From positions 479,134 to 499,133 of the forward strand of contig JBODTK010000123.1 in the NCBI GenBank assembly GCA_050613775.1: a stretch of DNA of 20,000 nt. The letters are read 5' to 3'. Source of the stretch: Neocallimastix sp. 'constans'. Lineage: Eukaryota. Position 1 is the stretch's first letter. Every line of letters starts with the position of its first letter. A program made the position numbers and the translations under genes. A model generated the notes under the pieces. That model saw only the letters and a program-made list of their open reading frames with translations. It was not told where the DNA came from and made no database searches. Positions 1 through 8,712 of the stretch are shown here, piece by piece.

Positions 1-119
1 AAAAAATTATATAAAAATATTTTATTTTTTATTGACCTTTTTAATTTTTATTTATTTATTTATTTACTTATTTATTTATACATTTATTTCTTTTTTACTT
101 AAAATTATATTAAATTTTA

Positions 120-212
120 TGGCGTAATAATATAAATTTTAAAAGCCACAAATAAATAGATGGCTTATTAAAATTTCAAAAAAAAAAAAATTGGCGAAAT
201 GGACCACATTCT
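120..212. mobile_element. Remnant right end of a related TIR element
   Basis: 191-212 reverse complement AGAATGTGGTCCATTTCGCCAA resembles the MITE left TIR GGGTGTGGGGCATTTCGCCAA. 120-149 TGGCGTA...AAAGCCA matches 17187-17216 with identical spacing. Confidence 0.5.
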
Positions 213-481
213 AAAAAATTAAATATATTTTATTTTTAACCATTAAAAAAAAGGAAAAGAATCCATAAATTGAAATAAGTGAAACAAATAAAGGAAAAGA
301 ACCGATTATTATAAAATAAAAAATATAAATATAATTTATATATTTAAAATTAAATATTATTAAATATTATTTTATTATTTTAACAAAAAAAAAAATTAAA
401 ATATATCTTTAAAATTAAATAAAATATTAAATATTTTATGTCACTTTACATAATCAGTTTATTTAATTCCACCAGATTTCA

Positions 482-512
482 TATTAAAGCCACTTTCCAA
501 AATGAGAAGACC
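482..512. mobile_element. Possible diverged TIR of the same family
   Basis: Reverse complement GGTCTTCTCATTTTGGAAAGTGGCTTTAATA has the same layout as GGAGAGTTACATTTCATAAAGTGGCGTATTAATA (reverse complement of the right end of the 16793-16873 element). Confidence 0.35.
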
Positions 513-560
513 TGTATTGATAATTTAACTTTTATTATTAAAAATTAAGATATAATATAT

Positions 561-844
561 GGGTGTGGGGTGGGTGTGGGGCATTTCGCCAAATTGCATT
601 TCGCCAAATTGAAAATTATTAAATAAATAAATAAATCAATAAATAAAATTAAATATTATTAATATCGCATAAAAACAATTTTAAAAAAAATATATTTTGA
701 ATTAATATTTATTTATTTATTCATTTTATTTATATCAATACTCTACTTGTCGAAATGCAACTTGGGGAAATGCAACATTTTAATACTACGCCACTGGCGA
801 AATGCAACCTGGCGAAATGCAATTTGGGGAAATGCAACTCTCCC
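561..844. mobile_element. Non-autonomous TIR element (MITE), probably Mutator-like (MULE); 284 bp, 9-bp TSD ATAATATAT
   Basis: Left end GGGTGTGGGG(TGGGTGTGGGG)CATTTCGCCAAATTGCATTTCGCCA matches the reverse complement of the right end, GGGAGAGTTGCATTTCCCCAAATTGCATTTCGCCA. Subterminal GAAATGCAA-type repeats: 2 inverted copies on the left, 5 on the right. Identical ATAATATAT sits directly outside both ends (552-560, 845-853). G-start TIRs with 9-bp TSDs are typical of MULEs. Confidence 0.8.
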
Positions 845-910
845 ATAATATATATATTAATATATATATTTAATATTTAATATTTAATATTTAATATTTA
901 ACAATAATTT

Positions 911-943
<33 letters not shown>

Positions 944-1589
944 AATTTTAAATTATCTTTTTTTATTTAAAAATAGTTTTGATAAAAATCAATGAATTTA
1001 GTATTATTATAAATAATATTTATTCTACATCAATTTAGCTAATGAATTTTTTAATTGATTAAATTAAAATAACATTGTAATGAAAATATATATGAAAAAA
1101 TAAAGAAGAAAATTTACTAATAAAGATCATCATATTTATTTTAAGATATTTATAATAAATTATAATTGCTACAAAAAAAAAAAAAGTTATTTTTCTTTTT
1201 TAAAATTATTAACATTTAAAATAAATTAATAATTCACATATATATATATTAATTTTATAGTATAGTATGTTAATTTTATTTAATTTTAAATTATTTTATG
1301 AAGTTTAAAAAAGTATTTTATTATGTTTATATATATATGTATATATATATTTAAAAAGATATTTCACGAGAATTTAAATATTTTCATTATTTTCATTAGT
1401 AAAATAAATTAAAAAATAAAAATATATTTTCTTAATTTAAATAATATTGATTTAAAATATTGAAATTTTTTTATATATAATTTAATTTTTAAAAATAATA
1501 GTGAAAAAGTATTAATATTTAATTAACTACATATTCTTTAACCTTGAAATTATTAAACTATGACTTATGCATTAATCTTTCATCTTTAA

Positions 1590-1702
1590 TACTAACGTGA
1601 TTTCTTTATAGCTTAATTATATTAATTTTTTTGAATTTTGGATTCTTTTATCTTTAATAATATTAACATGATTTCTTTAGATATTAACGTGATTTTTTTA
1701 GA
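1590..1702 (+). repeat. Three copies of a ~21-bp motif TAYTAACRTGATTTYTTTAKA
   Basis: Copies start at 1590, 1661 and 1682. Confidence 0.65.
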
Positions 1703-2290
1703 GTTTTAAAATTACATTATTTAAAGTTATTTCAATTATAACTTTTTTTTTTCTTTATCTAAAGGCTGTTAACATTTATTTAAATAATAATAATAATAAT
1801 ATAGAAATAATAAAACCCCTGAGGGGGCTGAAACCAAGGGCGGTACACACCGAAAATAAGAAAAAAAATTTAAAAATAATTAAAACAAAAACTATTCTGA
1901 TGATAAATTATATATCTAAATCTATCTATATAATAATTTTAAATAATATTGAAATGATTTTTTTTTTTATTTGGTTATGGCTTTTTTATTTTATTTTATT
2001 TTTCTAAATAGTAATTATAGTCTAATTAAATTATGCTATCATATGAATAAATGAGTTACATTTAAACCAATATGAAATTTAGAGCCACATTTTAATTGAA
2101 AGGAATTGTCTACAATTAAATGAAATTAGAAAAATCCTTAAATGTTTTCTATGAAATAGCCTCTTAATAATATTTTTTATGTATAGCCTTAATATTTATA
2201 ATTTCAATAAAGAATATTGATGTATATGCATTCATATGAATAAAATAAAGCAAACGAACAAAAAAAAAAAAAAACATTAAAATTCAGAAA

Positions 2291-2846
2291 TATTTATTAT
2301 TTCATTATTTTATTACTTATTATTTATTTATTATTTATTATTTATTATTTATTATTTATTATTCAATTATTTAAAATTATTTATTATTTATTATTTATTA
2401 TTTATTATTTATTATTCAATTATTTAAAATTATTTATTATTTATTATTTATTATTTATTATTTATTATTTATTATTTATTATTTATTATTTATTATTTAT
2501 TATTTATTATTTATTATTTATTATTTATTATTTATTATTTATTATTTATTATTTATTATTTATTATTTATTATTTATTATTTATTATTTATTATTTATTA
2601 TTTATTATTTATTATTCAATTATTTAAAATTATTTATTATTTATTATTTATTATTTATTATTTATTATTCAATTATTTAAAATTATTTATTATTTATTAT
2701 TTATTATTTATTATTCAATTATTTAAAATTATTTATTATTTATTATTTATTATTTATTATTCAATTATTTAAAATTATTTATTATTTATTATTTATTATT
2801 TATTATTTATTATTTATTTTATTATATATTATTTATTTATTATTTT
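2291..2846 (+). repeat. Compound satellite (TTTATTA)n with six TTCAATTATTTAAAA inserts; left arm of an inverted pair
   Basis: 7-nt periodicity read directly; inserts near 2362, 2415, 2615, 2668, 2714 and 2760. Confidence 0.9.
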
Positions 2847-3359
2847 TAAAAGAATAATTATTTAAATAAGTTGACCATTTAATGTATAGAAATTAAATAA
2901 AATGAATAGACTACATAATATATATGATTTTGTTTATTTAAAATAAAAACAAAAAACAAAAATAAAAAACAAAAAACAAAAACAAAAACAAAAACAAATA
3001 AATTTTTCATTTATTAGAATTGGGACAAGTGAAGCAATACATTTTTTTTTTACATAGCTATTAATATTTAATATATTACAATATATTACAATATATTATA
3101 TTATATTATATTATATTATATTATAAAATATTGTATATATTTTCATATGATAAATTCAAAAATATAAAATTATATATGATTAGAAAATATTTATTATATT
3201 ATTTAATTAGATTATATATTATTATTATATGATATACATACACTTATGTATAATTGTATTATTCAAAAATGAATCATATTACTATATTAAAATACCATTA
3301 ATATATTTTTAAAATTTTCCTAATTACCTATGATTATATAAAAATTATAAAAAATAATA

Positions 3360-3965
3360 TATAATATATAATAAATAAATAATAAAAAAATAAGCAATAA
3401 ATAATAAATAATTAAATAATATATATTAAAATAAATAATAAATAAATAAACAATAAAATAAATAATAAATAATTAAATAATATATAATAAAATAAATAAT
3501 AAATAATAAAATAAATAATAAATAATTAAATAATATATAATAAAATAAATAATAAATAATAAATAATTTTAAATAATTGAATAATAAATAATAAATAATA
3601 AATAATAAATAATAAATAATAAATAATAAATAATAAATAATAAATAATAAATAATAAATAATAAATAATAAATAATAAATAATAAATAATAAATAATAAA
3701 TAATTGAATAATAAATAATAAATAATAAATAATAAATAATAAATAATAAATAATAAATAATAAATAATAAATAATAAATAATAAATAATAAATAATAAAT
3801 AATAAATAATAAATAATAAATAATTTTAAATAATTGAATAATAAATAATAAATAATAAATAATAAATAATAAATAATAAATAATAAATAATATATAATAT
3901 ATAATAAATAGATAATAATAAATAATAAATAATAAATAATATATAATTAATAATAAAAAATAAAT
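3360..3965 (-). repeat. Compound satellite (TAATAAA)n, reverse complement of the 2291-2846 array; right arm
   Basis: Carries the reverse-complement insert TTTTAAATAATTGAA (~3567, ~3824, partial ~3701). Also carries the reverse complement of the left arm's inner module, TAAATAATATATAATAAAATAAATA (~3475, ~3527). Confidence 0.9.
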
Positions 3966-5284
3966 AATAAATATAATAAAAATATATAACTAATTGTAAT
4001 AAATAAAATAATAAATAACAAACAATTTAAAATAAAACTAATACATGATAAATAATTTTTAAATTTAATTTGTTATAATTTTTACTTTATATTTTTTTTT
4101 TTAATCAAATACAAAACAAATTAATTTATTTTATTTTATTTTATTTTATTTTTTTTTTAAATAATACAATTTTTTATTTATTCCTTTCAGTAATTTTAAA
4201 AAATTAGTATTTGTCAAAAAATATAAATAAAAAAGAGTAATTTTAAATATAAGAAATTTATTCTTTTCTTTGTATATATTACTTTAAATTTTGATAAATT
4301 ATATAGAAAGGAAATAGACCATAAATTCATAAAAAGTAACGCACAAAAAAAAATAAAGTTACATTGTTACATTAGAACTATTATAATAATAAAAAGAAGT
4401 AATCAACACTTTAGATAATACCCTTTTCATAAGAAAATAGTAAATATTTATTTTAATTTTAATAGCAACAATATTATAAATATATATACACCTTTTTTCA
4501 TTATTATTTTTTATTTGATAATTTTGATAAAATAATTTAAACTATATACATTGGTATTTCTCTTAAATAAAAAAAAAGAATAACAAAATATGTATTTATG
4601 TTAAAAGCAAATACTTTGGAACAAAGGAAATATATATATATATTGATAATAAAAATAAGTTGAATAATAATCATAAAAAGATAAAAAAAAACTTTGAAAG
4701 TGAATAATATTTATTACTGAAAGGATTATTATATATTTAATATTATTGTGATGTATTTATCATTTCATAACAACAAAAAAAAGGATTTAAAATTTATTTC
4801 AAACTTATAAAATATTGAGTAATAAATTATATGATAAATAAAGCAGATATATATTTATTCTTTTGATTATTATATAAAAGAAAGAAATAAATATCTTGAA
4901 ATGTTTATGAATTTACTGTTACATATGAAATAATAGTATTTATTTTGTTTTAAGATCAAAATCAAAATATATAAAAAGTAATATATATACATATTATAAT
5001 ATGATATATATAAATAATGTTCAAAAGGAAATTGATTAGAGAAATTTAAAGATATATGGATAAAGTATAATAAACTCTGCATTCTCATTTAAAAAGTAAA
5101 AATAAAAGACAATGGAATATAAATACAATAATTAAAAAAAAAATATTTTTAGTAAACATAAATATATATTTTTTTTCATTAATATATTTTCTACAACATT
5201 AAATATCAATTAAAACTATCATAAATGAATATATATATATTTTTTAATAAATACATATAAAAATAATTGACAACAAAATTTGAA

Positions 5285-5321
<37 letters not shown>

Positions 5322-5419
5322 AACGTATTATTAAACGCTTTTTTTTTTCTTTTTAAAAATATATATATATATATATTTTATTTGTAACATTTTGAATATA
5401 TAAATTTAAAAGAAAAAAA

Positions 5420-5682
5420 ATGAGTTCAACTGAAGAAGTTAAAAAGGTTGAAGCTGAAATTCCAGCTACTCAAAATAAAGAAGAATCTAATAGTTCTGAA
5501 GAAGAAACTGAAAACAAAGTAGTTTTATCTGATGAACCAAAAAGTATTATTATGGGTATTATTGCTCAACTTCGTAAAGGTGCTGATTTACATCGTGTGA
5601 CCTTACCAACTTTTGTTCTTGAACCAAGAAGTATGACTGAAAGAATTACTGATTTCTTAAGACATCCAGATATTTTACTTAG
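5420..5682 (+). CDS. OSH6: OSBP gene exon 1
   Basis: ATG at 5420, MSSTEE...LPTFVLEPRS...HPDILL; donor AG|GTAATA at 5683. Confidence 0.9.
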
Positions 5683-6996
5683 GTAATATAAAATATATAT
5701 GTATATATTTTGAGATAAAAGTATCATAAAAAAAAAAAAAAAAAAAAAAAGCAAGTTATATATATTATATATTTAATTTATTTAAAATATAATAAGATAG
5801 GCATGATAGAATAAAATTTGACTATAGAATATCATAATAATTAATACTATATTATTAAATTATTTAAAAATTTTTATTATATTATTTCTTTGAAAATTAT
5901 TGATAAAAACAACAAATATATTTCCTTTTAAATAAAATAAAATAAAATAAAAAAAAAAAAAAAAAAAAAAAAAAGAATTCAAAATATTGATGATCCTATC
6001 GGTCGTTTCGTTGAAGTAGTTAAATATTTCTTAGCTGGTTGGCATATTATGCCAAAGGTATATATTAATTTTTTTGTGATTATAAAATATAATATATAAA
6101 CCAATATTAAATAAAAGAAAAATAATAATTAAATCAACGATTAATTATTAATACTTTTTTTTTTTTTTTATCATTCTTTTTTCATTATTATTATTATTTA
6201 TCTATATACAATTTTATTTATTTATTCTTTATATTTAATATTTTCCTATAAACATAAAATAAAATTCAAATAAATGGGATAAATTAAATTTTATGCAAAA
6301 TAAAAATTAATAATTCAATAGGGTGTGAAGAAACCATATAATCCAGTTCTTGGTGAAATTTTCCGTTGTAGATTTAAACATTCAGATGGTTCTGAAGCTT
6401 TCTATGTTTGTGAACAAACTAGTCATCATCCACCAATGTCTTCTTTCTTCTATTCTGTTCCAAAACATGGTATTAAGGTCAATGGTGAATTAAAACCAAA
6501 GGCAAAGTTCTTAGGTAATAGTGCTGCTACCATTATGCAAGGTACTCACAGTTTATATTTTACAAAACTTGATGAAACCTATTTAATTCCAATGCCAAAT
6601 GTTTACGCTAGAGGTATTTTAATTGGAACTATGTTTATGGAATATGGTGATACTGTTTCTATTAAATGTCCAAAGAATGATTTATCTGCTAGTATTGAAT
6701 TTAAGACCAAGGTAAAAATTAGAATAATGAAAAATGAAATATATATATATATCAAAATAAATTACATTAAATGTATTATTGAAAATTATATTATTTTTAA
6801 TTAAATAGGGATTCTTTGGTGGAGGTTATAATAATATTTCCGGAAAGATTATGAAGGGAAAGGAAACCTTATACACTTTATCTGGTAAATGGAGTAGTGT
6901 TATGTACATTAAGAAGCCAAAGGTAATATACTTTGAGTATAGATTTATATTAAATATAAATTTAATAATTTTTTTCTTTTTTTTCTTTTTTTTCTT

Positions 6997-7039
<43 letters not shown>

Positions 7040-8021
7040 ATATCATTAAATATAATTATATATAAAATTAATTTTATAAATTTTTATAATTTAAATTATT
7101 AATTAAATATTATTATCATATTATTTATTATCATATTATTATTTATTGTGTTTTATATCTTTTAATTAATAATTATTTATTATTATATTATTATTTATTA
7201 TGTTTTATATCTTTTAATTAATAATTATTTATTATTATATTATTATATCATATAATCACTATATTATTTGTTTATTACTTATTAAAATAATTTTTTTTTT
7301 AAAAAAAAAATAAAAATGAATAAAAATGAATAAACCGAAAATCTATCAACAAAACAAAACAAAACAATTATTAATTCAAAAAAAAAAAAAAATTATTTCA
7401 ATTCCTTAGGACAAGGAAAAGACTGTTTTCATTGATATTAGAAATGAAGAATTAACTCCTTTAATTGTTGAACCAAATGATAAACAAGAAGAATTTGAAG
7501 CCAGAAGATTATGGGAAAAGGTTACTGAAGGTTTAACTAAGAAAGGATTAGATTATGCTACAGAACAAAAGACAGCCATTGAAGACAATCAACGTTTGTT
7601 AGTTAAGAAGAGAGCTGATGAAGGTATTGAATGGAAACCAAGATTCTTTGTTCCAAGTGATGATGGTATTCATGAATTTATTTCTCCATTAGATAAGTAA
7701 GTTATTTCAATTTATTATTATTATAAAATCATTATTTCTTTTAATATTTATAAATATATTTTTTTATAATAAATTCTATTTTATTTATATATATTTCATG
7801 ATAATGATGACTAAATTTTTAATTTATATTTATTTTCGTTTTCATTTAATTCCATTTTAATTTATTTAATAACTTTAAGGGTTACCTATGAAGATCCAAT
7901 AGCAGCACAAAAGAAAATTGAAGAAGCTATTTTCTCATCACCAACTGAAGATCTATATAAGAGATTCTGGTTAACTGAAGAAGAAGCCAAAAATGTTCAT
8001 TTAGATGATAAAAAGAAATAA
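5420..8021 (+). CDS. OSH6: Oxysterol-binding protein family lipid transfer protein, Osh6/Osh7-like (PS/PI4P exchanger clade); 6 exons, 425 aa
   Basis: Manually spliced exons 5420-5682, 5976-6057, 6322-6711, 6809-6922, 7410-7696 and 7880-8021 (1278 nt, all GT-AG, frame kept, TAA at 8019-8021). Motifs: LPTFVLEPRS (cf. LPTFILE of Osh6/7 and ORP5/8), KKPYNPVLGE, EQTSHHPP (OSBP signature EQVSHHPP), ARGIL, SGKW, ARRLW, KTAIEDNQR, WKPRFF. Confidence 0.93.
5976..6057 (+). CDS. OSH6: OSBP gene exon 2
   Basis: (R)IQNIDDPIGRFVEVVKYFLAGWHIMPK; AAG acceptor, GTATAT donor. Confidence 0.88.
6322..6711 (+). CDS. OSH6: OSBP gene exon 3
   Basis: GVKKPYNPVLGE...EQTSHHPP...IEFKTK; TAG acceptor, GTAAAA donor. 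Confidence 0.92.
6809..6922 (+). CDS. OSH6: OSBP gene exon 4
   Basis: GFFGGGYNNISGKI...LSGKWSSVMYIKKPK; TAG acceptor, GTAATA donor. Confidence 0.9.
7137..7245 (+). repeat. 52-bp tandem duplication in OSBP intron 4
   Basis: TGTTTTATATCTTTTAATTAATAATTATTTATTATTATATTATTAT starts at both 7149 and 7201. Confidence 0.8.
7410..7696 (+). CDS. OSH6: OSBP gene exon 5
   Basis: DKEKTVFID...EARRLWEKVT...KTAIEDNQR...WKPRFF...SPLD; TAG acceptor, GTAAGT donor. Confidence 0.9.
7880..8021 (+). CDS. OSH6: OSBP gene exon 6 (terminal)
   Basis: (K)VTYEDPIAAQKKIEEAIF...LDDKKK*; AAG acceptor, phase matches exon 5. Confidence 0.82.
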
Positions 8022-8045
8022 TAAATTATAATTGATGAAATTATA

Positions 8046-8081
<36 letters not shown>

Positions 8082-8247
8082 ATTAATAATAAATATTAAT
8101 AAAATTAATAAAAAAATAGAAATAACAAAAAAAAAAAAAAAAAAAAAATTAAAAAAAAAAAAAAAAGAATTTTTTATTTTTAAAATCAATTCCACTCTAA
8201 AATATTATATTTAATGAATAAAATCAAATTAAAATTTAATCATATTA

Positions 8248-8289
<42 letters not shown>

Positions 8290-8522
8290 AAAAAAAAAAG
8301 AATAAAAAAGTCTTTATTATTTTTTTTTTAAATTTTTTTTTAACCTATAACACCATAACTAAATAAATAAATATAAAAAAATATTAAAAATAAATAAATA
8401 AATAAATAAACAGACAGATAAATATATATATTTTTCTGTATTAATAATATTAAATAATAATAATAATAATAGTATAATAATAGTAATAGAAAAAAAAAAA
8501 AAAAAAATTACATTTCATATAA

Positions 8523-8610
<88 letters not shown>
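8523..8610 (+). repeat. (AAT)n microsatellite, about 29 units
   Basis: Perfect trinucleotide run read directly. Confidence 0.95.
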
Positions 8611-8611
<1 letters not shown>

Positions 8612-8712
8612 ATTATTTATTCATTTATTTTTCTTGTCAAGGTTGATTCAATTCTATCCTTCATCTTCATCCTCATATCATTTCAGTCCACCGCTTCGTC
8701 CGTCAACTGCCC

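Noticed and set aside
561..581. Interstitial telomere
   Set aside because: Only 21 bp, and explained as a duplicated TIR terminus bounded by the TSD.
4870..5088. 72-aa minus-strand ORF
   Set aside because: Low-complexity Y/I/F/L composition typical of AT-rich non-coding DNA; no motif.
5566..5754. 62-aa minus ORF, and likewise 8001-8195 and 13912-14139
   Set aside because: Antisense to real exons or made of homopolymer and microsatellite translations.
6712..7039. C-terminal tails of track ORFs 6325-6804 and 6851-7039
   Set aside because: Read-through into introns 3 and 4; homology continues only via the GT-AG junctions.
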